From positions 482 through 64,481 of the forward strand of contig CAZHYJ010000006.1 in NCBI GenBank assembly GCA_964536725.1: a stretch of 64,000 nucleotides of DNA, given 5' to 3'. This document shows positions 30,209-40,032 of this stretch, in pieces (position 1 is the first letter of the stretch; the number at the start of each line of letters is the position of its first letter). The translations under genes were made by a program, and so were the position numbers. Source of the DNA: an uncultured Gammaproteobacteria bacterium. GTDB lineage: Bacteria; Patescibacteriota; Patescibacteriia; Magasanikbacterales; GWA2-37-8. The notes beneath the pieces are model-generated. The model was not told the DNA's origin, did no database searches, and worked only from the letters and a program-made list of their open reading frames with translations.

Positions 30209-33118
30209 TTAACCACGACGAATAATAGTCGCCACCGCCTTAACTCCCCGCCCAAACCAGGCCAAAAACACAACTCCGCGGGCACGGGCCAAAAACCCTA
30301 AAAACAAAGTGGTTGCCGCACCGGCAGCAGCCGAAAAATACGTTCCAACACCCTCTTTGACAACGGGTTTTTCTAATTCTTTGGCCATTCCCACTATTTT
30401 TATATCTTCCTGCCCCCTTGGCCATATCTGCAACCCATTTTTCCCCTGTTCTAAAACACCAGATACCTCGACTTTCTGTCCTTCCAGAAAATCGACCAAA
30501 TTTACTTTTGTGCCTTTTTTAAAATATACCACCGCTTCTGACAAATCATCGTCGACATACCAATATCCACTCTTTTTCTCCGTGATATCCCCAACAATTT
30601 TCACCAACACACCGAGTGGTTGGTCTTCTAAATCACTCAAATCAGAAATTACTGCCGATATCACCTGCTCTGTCTTCAAAATATCCACATCTCCCGCTTT
30701 TTTTATATTCACCCTCTTTTGTCCGTTTGCTTCCGAAATTACACCACGCACCCGCACCACATCGCCAACTTTAAGTGGTGGAAAATCTTTTTTATATTGA
30801 TAAATTGCGATACCTGCCGTATCGTCAGCAATGTAAAAATATTGCACACCAAAAACTCCTGGTAAAACCGTGACTGCTCCAACAATCAAAACCCCAACAC
30901 CTTTTTCTTGTTCGCGCGCTTCGTAGATAGAAAGTGGTTTATGCCAAACACCACCCACACTCTTGGTAGCATTAGAGGTAATTTTTATTCCCACACCTTT
31001 AATTGTCTCTGCTCCTAATACCACACCCGGAGTTGGTATACTTAACAACCATTCACCGCTAACCAAAGAATAGCTTTTCCCCGAAACACTTTTTCCGAAT
31101 TTAACTACATCTACTACACTATCACCCGGCGCCAACAACTCTATCTTCCCACCTGCGTTGTTTAAAGAAATTTTTGTCGCCGCTTTGTAAAATACTAAAC
31201 AGGATTTTGGTGTGATATTTGTCTTGTCTGGAATTTGATATTTTTTTGTTCCTACTCGCAGTTGCCAGCCGGACAGGTCAATCGTGCTTGAGCCACTATT
31301 CCAGATTTCAATATATTCATTACTGTCTTGTCCGGCTGGATCAGACATCACTTCGCTAATTAAAATCGGGCTATTAATTAAAGACAATCCACTACCCACA
31401 TTGATCTTTATCTGCTTTTTGCCAACTGTGCCGACAGTTGAAGAGGCGACAACGTCGACAACATATACACCTGAACTAACAAAACTTTTTTCTACCTCCT
31501 CACCAAAATATTTTTCACCATCACCAAAATTCCATTCAAAAGATAGCTTACCACCGCGTGGATCAACCGATTCATCCGCCGACAACAAAACCACTTCGTT
31601 CAAATCCGCGCTCAACGGATATTTTAATTTCCACACTATACCCACTGAATCTTCCTCCTCCAAAATATTTTCCTGACCTGCCGTAATCTGATTCGTCCAT
31701 TTCCAACCATCAGTAAAACGCGCATAACTTAACCCACTTTCTGCTCGCTCATATTTTATTCGATCGACGATATTTCCATTTGTGTCATACAAAAATACTT
31801 CTTCGGCTTGAGTGTTATTTAAAACAATTCCCGTAATTGCCCTGCGCCAAAACAACAAACCATTAGCCGAAATCATACCGGAGAGAGAATATTTTTTATC
31901 TTTATCACCAATTGCCCAACCAGCCAAATTTATTTCCGTATTAAAAATATTTTTGATTTCAACAAACTCGTCAGCAGTATCTACACCTTCAGGATCCGGT
32001 AATATCTCGTTTAAAATTACTTTACCAAAAAAGGTTGAGGTAGCCGAACTACTTACAGCAACCGTCGTTGTGGTTGCCGCAACAGATTTGGCAGTATAAC
32101 TACTACCGCCTGATCCACCACTAGAGACCGGTGGGGCAACGATAACATTCCTTGCTCCCGCAGTAACTTGGGTGGTTATCTGCCACGAACCCGCACCGTC
32201 AATCGAACGTGCGTACGAGCGTCCTTTGCCCACTGTACCAAAATCAACCCGATCTAAAATGTTTTCCTGGTTGTCTTTTAAAATTGCGCTATCCCCAGAA
32301 TTGTTCAAAAAACCACTGCCCAGATCAAAAACGAACCAACTGCTGTTTGCGATTGTGCCCGTCGTAGTTTTACAAGAAGTTAAACGATTATCACAAACTT
32401 TTATACCCTCCACCGACAAAGTAGTCGTCCCTAAATTAAATATTTCGACCCATTCGTTACCAGTTTCCGGATCAGGAAATATCTCGTTTAAGCGCAACCC
32501 GCTATAATCAGTCGTGCTAGAAACAAAAGCAGTTGAGGTGGTAGAAGTTGGAATAATCGGATTAGGATCGGGAGTGGTGGTAACAGTGGTGGTTGGAGCC
32601 TCTACTGGAGGTAAAACAACGTCACCATTGGTATCTCCAGGTGTTGTGGTGGTCGTCAAGACCCAAGAAGCACCGCCATCTGGTATACGCGCCCAAACAT
32701 AACCCTCCTCCGCGGCAGCGTGCTCAGCACCAGCACCATAATCAAATCGGTCCCATTCCTCATCACTATATTTCAAAACTACTGAATCGCCCGCTTTGTT
32801 TAAACGATTATTTAAATCTACATTTAAATATTCACCTGGAATCAAAAAGGTTGAGGAAGAAAAAGTTTTTATACTTTCACTTGAGTCCCAAATCGAAAAA
32901 TTGCTCAAATCAATACATTGATCAAAGAGATTATATAACTCTGCCCAGTCGTTATATGCCGAAGCAGAAGAAATTTCATTTATCAACACCTTGCCCCTTG
33001 CCAATGACGTCGCACAGACATCTTCCTCAACCATCATCGCCGCTTTGGCCGAGAATACTGAAAAAATGTAGATAAACAAAAAGACGCCAAACGCGCCTAC
33101 GAAAAAAAACTTCTTCAT
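30209..33118 (-). CDS. 969-aa secreted surface protein with multiple lamin-tail-domain (LTD)-like repeats and a C-terminal hydrophobic anchor
   Basis: Signal peptide. Three or more LTD-like segments (LNEI.PDP...EWVEI.N). T/S/G-rich linkers. C-terminal TM followed by a basic tail. Confidence 0.7.
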   Translation of the reverse strand: MKKFFFVGAFGVFLFIYIFSVFSAKAAMMVEEDVCATSLARGKVLINEISSASAYNDWAELYNLFDQCIDLSNFSIWDSSESIKTFSSSTFLIPGEYLNVDLNNRLNKAGDSVVLKYSDEEWDRFDYGAGAEHAAAEEGYVWARIPDGGASWVLTTTTTPGDTNGDVVLPPVEAPTTTVTTTPDPNPIIPTSTTSTAFVSSTTDYSGLRLNEIFPDPETGNEWVEIFNLGTTTLSVEGIKVCDNRLTSCKTTTGTIANSSWFVFDLGSGFLNNSGDSAILKDNQENILDRVDFGTVGKGRSYARSIDGAGSWQITTQVTAGARNVIVAPPVSSGGSGGSSYTAKSVAATTTTVAVSSSATSTFFGKVILNEILPDPEGVDTADEFVEIKNIFNTEINLAGWAIGDKDKKYSLSGMISANGLLFWRRAITGIVLNNTQAEEVFLYDTNGNIVDRIKYERAESGLSYARFTDGWKWTNQITAGQENILEEEDSVGIVWKLKYPLSADLNEVVLLSADESVDPRGGKLSFEWNFGDGEKYFGEEVEKSFVSSGVYVVDVVASSTVGTVGKKQIKINVGSGLSLINSPILISEVMSDPAGQDSNEYIEIWNSGSSTIDLSGWQLRVGTKKYQIPDKTNITPKSCLVFYKAATKISLNNAGGKIELLAPGDSVVDVVKFGKSVSGKSYSLVSGEWLLSIPTPGVVLGAETIKGVGIKITSNATKSVGGVWHKPLSIYEAREQEKGVGVLIVGAVTVLPGVFGVQYFYIADDTAGIAIYQYKKDFPPLKVGDVVRVRGVISEANGQKRVNIKKAGDVDILKTEQVISAVISDLSDLEDQPLGVLVKIVGDITEKKSGYWYVDDDLSEAVVYFKKGTKVNLVDFLEGQKVEVSGVLEQGKNGLQIWPRGQEDIKIVGMAKELEKPVVKEGVGTYFSAAAGAATTLFLGFLARARGVVFLAWFGRGVKAVATIIRRG

Positions 33119-33184
33119 ACCCCCTCCAAATTAATTAAATTAACTTTAAATTAATTATACAAAAAAATATTATATTGTACAAAC

Positions 33185-33217
33185 AAAAAATTCCTGTGGA
33201 TAACTCAGGAATTTTTT
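33185..33217. terminator. bidirectional terminator (aaaaattcctg...caggaatttttt)
   Basis: Good stem with A/T flanks. Incidentally contains a TGTGGATAA 9-mer. Confidence 0.6.
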
Positions 33218-33235
33218 GTTTCTTAAAAAACACGA

Positions 33236-33877
33236 TTACTTTTTTTCTAGTGTAGTAGTGGGGGTGGCGGGGGTTGAGGTTGGTGGCTGGAAAAGAAATA
33301 TTTCTGTCTTATCAGAGTAGAAAACTATTTTCGATCCGCCAGCTTGATTTTTTATCACTAAACTAGTATCGTCTTTGCTAATTATTTCTCCGCTGACCAT
33401 ACCATTCCCTCCCATCATCCGACCTCCATTTGGTCTTTGTCCACCCGCACCCATCTGCCCTCTGTTTTGACCATTAAACTGACCGCCATTAGAGACTGGT
33501 TGTTGACCCGGGTTATTAACAGCATCATTAGGCAGATTACCAGGACGAAAATTTTCTCCAGTACTCGTAGTGCTAGTCGCCCCACGCATCATAAAACCAC
33601 CTGGTTCACCGATCATTATTCGTTTGGCGCTAACCGTTCCGTCTGAATTAGTGGTTCCCATAACAGTAATTTTTTTACCAACCACCAAGTCAGCTAAAGT
33701 GGCTTTAGTGCCCATATTAAAAAACTTTTCTGTACTTGAGGCGCTGTTGCTGCGCGGGAAGTTGTTTTTGTTCGCGCCACCATTCTGAGGAATGGTGTTT
33801 GCCTGACCGCATCCAGAGATAAAAATAACCCCACCTACTAACAAAGAAGCTATTCCGAACTTTTTTAAATCAATCAT
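33236..33877 (-). CDS. Gly/Asn/Gln-rich lipoprotein
   Basis: Lipobox FISGC after a signal peptide. Low-complexity G/N/Q region. Confidence 0.55.
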   Translation of the reverse strand: MIDLKKFGIASLLVGGVIFISGCGQANTIPQNGGANKNNFPRSNSASSTEKFFNMGTKATLADLVVGKKITVMGTTNSDGTVSAKRIMIGEPGGFMMRGATSTTSTGENFRPGNLPNDAVNNPGQQPVSNGGQFNGQNRGQMGAGGQRPNGGRMMGGNGMVSGEIISKDDTSLVIKNQAGGSKIVFYSDKTEIFLFQPPTSTPATPTTTLEKK

Positions 33878-33895
33878 AAAAATATATTAAATAGT

Positions 33896-35110
33896 TTATT
33901 GATAACGCAAAGCATCAATTGGATCAAGACGTGCTGCCCGACGTGCCGGATAAAACCCAAATACCACTCCCACAAGTGCTGATACACCAAAAGACATAAT
34001 TACTGACCACGAGGTTACTACCGTCGTTGTTCCGCTAAACTTAGTAATTAGCCAGGCTGCCAGCCAACCAATTGCAATCCCGATTATTCCACCAATCACT
34101 GTTAGTGCCGCCGACTCCATCAAAAACTGAATAGTAATATCTCTGTTCCTTGCCCCCAAGGATTTACGTAAACCAATTTCACGTGTCCGTTCAGTAACAG
34201 TTGTTAACATCATGTTCATAATACCAATTCCACCAACCAACAAGGAGATGCCGGCAATAGCACCTAAAAGTAGCGTCAGCGTTCCTGAGACGGCGGACAT
34301 CGCCGAAAGCATATCTGCTTGATTCATAATACTAAAATCCGCTTTGGTAGCATCTGCAATATTGTGTCGCTCCAACAAAACCGCCTGTACTTCTGCTTGT
34401 ACTGTATTCATCATCTCCTCTGAGGATACCTGGATGTTAATATTACTTAATTTACTATTTCCCGTAATATATTGTTGCGCTGTCCCTAATGGTATGTAGA
34501 TCAAATCATCCGAACTACCAAAACCTGTTCCACCTTTTGATTTGGTAGAACCGATTACAGTAAACTCTTGTCCGGTAATCCGAATTTTTTGCCCGGTCGG
34601 ATCACTTCCCACATCGAACAAATTATCCCGTGTTGTCGGCCCAATCACCGCCACCTTAGATTTAGATTTAACCTGAGCATCGGTAATACCACTACCGTAT
34701 TCGATTTCAATTGTTTTGACGGCGAAATAATTAGGGTCAACACCATAAATTGAGGTATTGGTATTTTTTCCTTTAACCGTCACTTGCTTGCGTCCGCTTA
34801 CTGTCGGTGCAATTGCTTGAATGCCGGAGATATTTTTAAGTGCGACTGAGTCTTCCACAGTCAAATTCTGGGAGGCCCCCATACCACCACTAACCATTGT
34901 ATTTCTTTGTGCACCCGGCATAACTGTTAACAAATTTGTGCCTAAAGATTGTACCCGTTCAGTAATTGATTGGGTTGATCCTTGTCCCACTGCGACCAAG
35001 GCAATCACTGAGGCAATACCAATAACAATACCAAGAATAGTCAAAACAGAGCGTGACTTGTTTGACGACAACGAAAACCCGGTCTCTTCTAAAATATCTG
35101 TTATAAGCAT
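33896..35110 (-). CDS. ABC transporter permease, FtsX/MacB type
   Basis: N-terminal TM, large extracytoplasmic domain, C-terminal FtsX 3-TM bundle. Confidence 0.85.
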   Translation of the reverse strand: MLITDILEETGFSLSSNKSRSVLTILGIVIGIASVIALVAVGQGSTQSITERVQSLGTNLLTVMPGAQRNTMVSGGMGASQNLTVEDSVALKNISGIQAIAPTVSGRKQVTVKGKNTNTSIYGVDPNYFAVKTIEIEYGSGITDAQVKSKSKVAVIGPTTRDNLFDVGSDPTGQKIRITGQEFTVIGSTKSKGGTGFGSSDDLIYIPLGTAQQYITGNSKLSNINIQVSSEEMMNTVQAEVQAVLLERHNIADATKADFSIMNQADMLSAMSAVSGTLTLLLGAIAGISLLVGGIGIMNMMLTTVTERTREIGLRKSLGARNRDITIQFLMESAALTVIGGIIGIAIGWLAAWLITKFSGTTTVVTSWSVIMSFGVSALVGVVFGFYPARRAARLDPIDALRYQ

Positions 35111-35114
35111 AAAA

Positions 35115-35801
35115 TTACTTTTTCTTATCAGAAACTATTTCTCCGTCCTTGATTTCAATTATCCGATCAGCCTGGTCGGCCACATATTTATCGTGGGTAA
35201 TCAAAATTATTGTTCGCCTATGTTCCTTGTTTATTTTTTTAAAAGTTTCCAAAATTATTGTTCCGGTTTTAGAGTCCAGATTACCGGTCGGTTCATCCGC
35301 TAAAATAATTGCCGGGTCTGCCACCAAGGCACGGGCAATCGCCACTCTCTGCATTTGTCCACCAGATAATTCATTAGAAAGATGGCTCCAACGGTTTTCA
35401 TCCAACCCACAGGCGATCAACGCTTTCTCTGCACGCGATTGACGTTCGGCTTTGGTAATTTCCGCGTTATATATCAACGGCATCATAACATTGCGCATCA
35501 CTGTTGAACGCGACAGTAAATTAAAAGACTGAAAAACAAAACCAATTTTCTTGGAGCGGATCTGGGCAATCTCATCATCAGACAAACCAAAAACATCAAC
35601 ATCGTCCAAAAAATATTTTCCACTAAATGGCCGGTCCAACGCTCCTAACAGATTCATCAAAGTTGACTTACCCGAACCAGATGGACCCATGATGGCCACA
35701 AATTCACCCTCACTAATCTCAAAGTTTATATCCTTCAAAACCGGTACTTGTCCATCTCCCGTAAGGTATGATTGATTTATGTTTTCCAATTTTATTAACA
35801 T
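35115..35801 (-). CDS. ABC transporter ATP-binding protein (MacB/LolD-like)
   Basis: Walker [10 protein letters not shown], signature [15 protein letters not shown], Walker [12 protein letters not shown]. Confidence 0.93.
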   Translation of the reverse strand: MLIKLENINQSYLTGDGQVPVLKDINFEISEGEFVAIMGPSGSGKSTLMNLLGALDRPFSGKYFLDDVDVFGLSDDEIAQIRSKKIGFVFQSFNLLSRSTVMRNVMMPLIYNAEITKAERQSRAEKALIACGLDENRWSHLSNELSGGQMQRVAIARALVADPAIILADEPTGNLDSKTGTIILETFKKINKEHRRTIILITHDKYVADQADRIIEIKDGEIVSDKKK

Positions 35802-35803
35802 AA

Positions 35804-37579
35804 TTAACGCAAAACTCGCATTACATCACCACTCCCTGCCCCGCCACCAAACCCGCCACCTTGGGTAGCGTTGGTTTTAGTAGCAGCAGCCGAACCAGAA
35901 GAGATTGTCTGAGTGATAACATTATCACTTTCAACCAAACCGCTGATAATTTCCGTCATCGTATCGTTGCTATCGCCCACTACCACTGTTTTCTTTTCTG
36001 GCACACCATTTACCAATACTTCCACATAGCTACTACCATTTTGGGTTTTGATTGCCGAAGTCTTTACTGTCAAAACATCTGACTTAGAAGAAAGAATAAT
36101 GTTGGCTGTTACTGTCATGCCCGATTTAACTCTTTCGTCTTGAACATTAAAGACAATTTTTACATTGTAACTAACTACCCCCTGGCTAACCGTTCCAACC
36201 GCATCCACTTGCGCGACATCACCGGTAATAGTTAGGTCTTCTACTGCGTCAAAAGTCAAAGTAACTTTTTGTCCCACTTTCACCTTGGCCACATCCACTT
36301 CGTTTAAAGCGATGGTGGCAATTTGTTGTTTAGTTATTAATACACCAACCGAAGTGTTGGCTGATAAAGTGTCGCCTTTTTTAACATTAAAACTTGCAAT
36401 CATTCCATCAAATGGGGCGCGCACTGTATAGTCAGACAATTTTTCTCGTGCATCGGCCAATGAATTTTCTTTTTGTTTAACTGAGATTAACTGTGCTTCC
36501 ACATCTAACGGATCAGCCCCGTTTTTAATATCGGCCAAGGACTGAGTTTTCTCCGCGATTGTGCGCTCAGCATTAACAAGTGCTTCTCGATTGCTTTGCA
36601 AAGTGTTTTGTACAGAGATCAGAGTAGTCAAATGGGAGTTTATCTTCCCCATATCTGTTGCCAACAGACTTTGGTGTTCAACAACCTTGGCAAAAATATT
36701 GTATGACTGTTTGTTTCTGATATCTACCCAAGCATCCAGGTAATTACTACTACTTTTAGCCGACTGAGCGGCAGATCGAACTGTCTCAATAGTTTGGTTT
36801 AAAAGCGCCTCCACTACTGTTTTATCAGAGTACCGCGTCGCTGTCTTGTAACTGGTAAAGTTAGCGTCATATTTAACCCGTGCTGAGTTGTAATCCGTTG
36901 TTGCACTGGATTGAAATCTTTTTAGACTATCAACATATTCCCAATTACCCACAGTATTTAACAGGGCGTCAATATTCCAATAGCCGGAACCAACCGACAC
37001 TTCACTCTCGCCAATGTCTTTGCTATACAAAACATTATACAAATCAGTGATCGTTGTCGGTAGATCTAAAAATGCATTGGAGATGGAATTAAAAGCGTCC
37101 TCATAAGCCTTTTCAATATTATCACCTGCTGTCTGTTTTGCCTCTGTTGCTTGTGCCAAAGTATTTTCTGCCTGCAACAAAGTCAACGGGTCGGCCGCTT
37201 GCTGTAGTTTTTTTAGAGACAATTTAGCTGAATCCAAATTAACTTGCGCGTCACGAACGGTTTTCAAGGCATCGCGTGCATTGGTTTGAAATAACAAAGT
37301 ACCGGCTTTTACTTCTTGTCCAACGACGATATTGCCAACAGACAAAACGTCGCCCGCTACTTTTGATGATATATCAATCTGATTAGCAGCGGAGACTTGC
37401 CCAGTACCACTGATTGAAGAAATTAAAGTACCACGCTCAACAGAGGCAGTAACATATTTTACAGTTACATTGCTGCTGCCCCACTTGCCATATGCCCAAT
37501 ATCCACCCACCACCAAGATTATCAAAATCAAAAGAAGAGCCCACTTTTTCCTCCAAAGCAAACTAAAAAGATTTTTCAT
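35804..37579 (-). CDS. HlyD/MacA-family periplasmic adaptor with long coiled coil
   Basis: N-terminal TM, extended coiled-coil hairpin region, beta-barrel / membrane-proximal C-terminal part. 591 aa. Confidence 0.78.
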   Translation of the reverse strand: MKNLFSLLWRKKWALLLILIILVVGGYWAYGKWGSSNVTVKYVTASVERGTLISSISGTGQVSAANQIDISSKVAGDVLSVGNIVVGQEVKAGTLLFQTNARDALKTVRDAQVNLDSAKLSLKKLQQAADPLTLLQAENTLAQATEAKQTAGDNIEKAYEDAFNSISNAFLDLPTTITDLYNVLYSKDIGESEVSVGSGYWNIDALLNTVGNWEYVDSLKRFQSSATTDYNSARVKYDANFTSYKTATRYSDKTVVEALLNQTIETVRSAAQSAKSSSNYLDAWVDIRNKQSYNIFAKVVEHQSLLATDMGKINSHLTTLISVQNTLQSNREALVNAERTIAEKTQSLADIKNGADPLDVEAQLISVKQKENSLADAREKLSDYTVRAPFDGMIASFNVKKGDTLSANTSVGVLITKQQIATIALNEVDVAKVKVGQKVTLTFDAVEDLTITGDVAQVDAVGTVSQGVVSYNVKIVFNVQDERVKSGMTVTANIILSSKSDVLTVKTSAIKTQNGSSYVEVLVNGVPEKKTVVVGDSNDTMTEIISGLVESDNVITQTISSGSAAATKTNATQGGGFGGGAGSGDVMRVLR

Positions 37580-37651
37580 AAAATGTTATTTATTCAGAAA
37601 ATTTCAGAACCCCATTCCAGCAATTGAAATGGGGTGTCTAATATTTCCTAA

Positions 37652-38101
37652 TTATTTGTTTAACATACAACCACCACCCCTACGACCTTCACCTGGTTTC
37701 TTGTTAGTCTGTTTGCCTTGGGTGAATTTCAAACGGGCGTCAGCTTGAGCCTGGGTAATCGATCCACTGTCGACTAAAGTTTTCAAATATTGTTTCATCT
37801 GTTCGGTTTTTTGTGCCTGCATTCTGGTGCGCAAATCTGTATCACTCACTCCCTTCTCTTTGGCAATATCATGGATGTTTTTACCTTCTGCCCAACCAGC
37901 TTTTAAATCCGCTAGACTAATACCTAAGATACTGGCTTGCTCCTTCATCTTTTCTTCAAAATTTTGTGCCCAGACAGATGAATCTTTTCCGATCTTCATC
38001 ATCCCACCGTTGCCACCACCGTAAGCAGAGGCAGTGCCCGCTGCTGCCAAAAGTAGCAAAAACATGGCTACTGGAATAATTACATATTTTTTGTTTTTCA
38101 T
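37652..38101 (-). CDS. small secreted protein, unknown function
   Basis: Signal peptide (MKNKKYVIIPVAMFLLLLAAAGTASA). Start moved to the internal M. Confidence 0.45.
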   Translation of the reverse strand: MKNKKYVIIPVAMFLLLLAAAGTASAYGGGNGGMMKIGKDSSVWAQNFEEKMKEQASILGISLADLKAGWAEGKNIHDIAKEKGVSDTDLRTRMQAQKTEQMKQYLKTLVDSGSITQAQADARLKFTQGKQTNKKPGEGRRGGGCMLNK

Positions 38102-38167
38102 AGGAAGAAAAATTAATGAATAAAATTGTTTGGCTAGCACACTAATGATACAGCTCAGCCGAAACAA

Positions 38168-38968
38168 TTATTTCAAAATATTTTCTCCCATTGGACAGCC
38201 ACCCATCTTCTTAAAAGCCGGCTGATTAAAACAACGATTTACCCCATGCTCAATAATGGGCATTTCATTCTCATCTATTACTTTGATAAAACGAGCAGAA
38301 AAAAAGCTCTCACCGCCCATCCCCATCTTTTCTCCTATAGCCATCACCCAAGAACTGGTAACTATCTCATTTGTCATACCTTGCTCCAACCGAGAAGCTT
38401 CTACTTTTTTCAGGCCGTTTGGAGTTTGAATAATATAATACTGCTCTCCAACTTCTATAACTCTACCAACAATTCCACCACGGCGCTCGCCAACACCTCG
38501 CTCCATAAATGGACGGAAAAATCTTCCGGGCGATTGTGGGTCAAACATTCCTCTTTCAATTCTTTCTGCTAAACGCGTAAAAGTTAGCATTGCTCCGAGT
38601 AGTGTTACGGCAATGGTTAAAAATATTGCCAAATAACCGAATGGTTTTTTGTATACCATGTCTGTCTTTTTCAGGATTAGGCCCGCTACGAATAAGCTAA
38701 AAACAAAAACGATGACTAGGCCATAAGGAAAGGAGTCCAGAAAAGCTAAAAATCCTCGGCTACCGAAACTTAGGTAGGCAAGATTGTCTGACGAACGTAG
38801 ATAAAATAATGCAAGATTAAAAAACAAAATGGCCAAGATAATACTCAAAGCCAAAGCACTGCCAATACCTAATTTTTCCGCCAAAAAAACATACTTCGAG
38901 CGCAGCTTTACTTTACCGCTATTGATCTCATCCATTATTTTGTTTTCGATATTAGGAGATTTTTCCAT
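38168..38968 (-). CDS. membrane protein, putative anti-sigma factor (by position only)
   Basis: Immediately downstream of the ECF sigma gene with a 2-nt gap. Multiple TM segments. Confidence 0.45.
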   Translation of the reverse strand: MEKSPNIENKIMDEINSGKVKLRSKYVFLAEKLGIGSALALSIILAILFFNLALFYLRSSDNLAYLSFGSRGFLAFLDSFPYGLVIVFVFSLFVAGLILKKTDMVYKKPFGYLAIFLTIAVTLLGAMLTFTRLAERIERGMFDPQSPGRFFRPFMERGVGERRGGIVGRVIEVGEQYYIIQTPNGLKKVEASRLEQGMTNEIVTSSWVMAIGEKMGMGGESFFSARFIKVIDENEMPIIEHGVNRCFNQPAFKKMGGCPMGENILK

Positions 38969-38969
38969 A

Positions 38970-39515
38970 CTACTTTTTTAAAAACTCTTTAAGACTATTT
39001 TTACCGCGAGAAATTAACGTCCCAACCGTACTGGTGGGGATTTTTAAAATATCACTAATTTCTTCATAGGATTTTTCTTCGAAGAAAAATAGGATTATTG
39101 GTTCGCGGTATTTTTCTTTAATTTTACCCAACGCCATTACAATCTGCTCTTTCGATATCACCCGATCAACCTCACGACTTAAATTGATTTTCTCGTCTGC
39201 CACCTCCCATTCATGCTCGTCCAAAATCAACTTTTCGTTTTTTCTTTTTTTAATATTATTTATCGCCTCATTGTGTGTCACCCGAAAAATCCAAGAAGAA
39301 AATTTCTGATTGGTGTTAAACGAATTAAGATTACGATAAGCTTTAATAAAAACATCCTGAAGTACATCTTCAAGTTCAGCACTATGGTTGATAAATTTTC
39401 GCAAGTAGTGCGCCAGTTTAACTTGATAGCGTCGGATTATTTCACCATACGCCTCTTTATCCTCTGTGCGCACTACCACGACCAACTGTTCGTCGGTAAG
39501 CTCAAGATAAGACAT
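38970..39515 (-). CDS. ECF-type sigma-70 family RNA polymerase sigma factor
   Basis: Region 2 (DVLQDVFIKAYRNLNSFNTNQKFSSWIFRVTHNEAIN) and region 4 HTH (SYEEISDILKIPTSTVGTLISRG). Start moved to the internal M (MSYLEL). Confidence 0.8.
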   Translation of the reverse strand: MSYLELTDEQLVVVVRTEDKEAYGEIIRRYQVKLAHYLRKFINHSAELEDVLQDVFIKAYRNLNSFNTNQKFSSWIFRVTHNEAINNIKKRKNEKLILDEHEWEVADEKINLSREVDRVISKEQIVMALGKIKEKYREPIILFFFEEKSYEEISDILKIPTSTVGTLISRGKNSLKEFLKK

Positions 39516-39558
39516 ACTACAAGTATAATACAATAAACCCCCTGTGTTTATTTCAAAA

Positions 39559-39593
39559 GCAAAATCCCGACTGAGTCGGGATTGCTTGTTTTT
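39559..39593. terminator. hairpin terminator (caaaatcccgac tgag tcgggattg) after the cupin gene
   Basis: 12-bp stem followed by a T-rich tract on the plus strand; located just downstream of the minus-strand cupin gene it is assigned to. Confidence 0.5.
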
Positions 39594-39990
39594 ATTCAGT
39601 AGTCTTTCCGTCAAAGTGCTCGTCGTCGCCCTCCGCTTCAGCCTTAGTTACATGCACCACCCCATCGCGGTGATGTGCTGGAGAATAGATTGTATACATT
39701 TTTAAAGACTCGCTTGAAGAGGTGTTGATCACATTGTGTTCGGCTCCGGTAGGCACGATAATCACATCGCCATCGCCTACCACATATTCGTTGCCGTCAA
39801 TCAAAACCTTTCCTTCGCCTTTTTCAAAACGGAAAAACTGGTCGTTCTCCTCATGGGTCTCCAAACCAATCTCCTCGTTTGGCAATAAACTCATTGCCAC
39901 CAATTGACAATGTTTACCCGTGTAAAGCACCTGACGAAAACTGTCGTTCTCCAAAGTTAACTTTTCGATGTTTGCATTGTATCCTTTCAT
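39592..39990 (-). CDS. cupin-domain protein
   Basis: Cupin beta-barrel motifs (G.EHN.I...E.L). Confidence 0.7.
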   Translation of the reverse strand: MKGYNANIEKLTLENDSFRQVLYTGKHCQLVAMSLLPNEEIGLETHEENDQFFRFEKGEGKVLIDGNEYVVGDGDVIIVPTGAEHNVINTSSSESLKMYTIYSPAHHRDGVVHVTKAEAEGDDEHFDGKTTE

Positions 39991-40032
39991 AAGTATCTAA
40001 TTAATAATTAACTTATATATTATACCACAGAC

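Noticed and set aside
33193-33204. Perfect DnaA box TGTGGATAA at 33196-33204
   Set aside because: Embedded in the loop/stem of a terminator hairpin and isolated. Most likely coincidental, unlike the clustered boxes at 56.2-56.5 kb.
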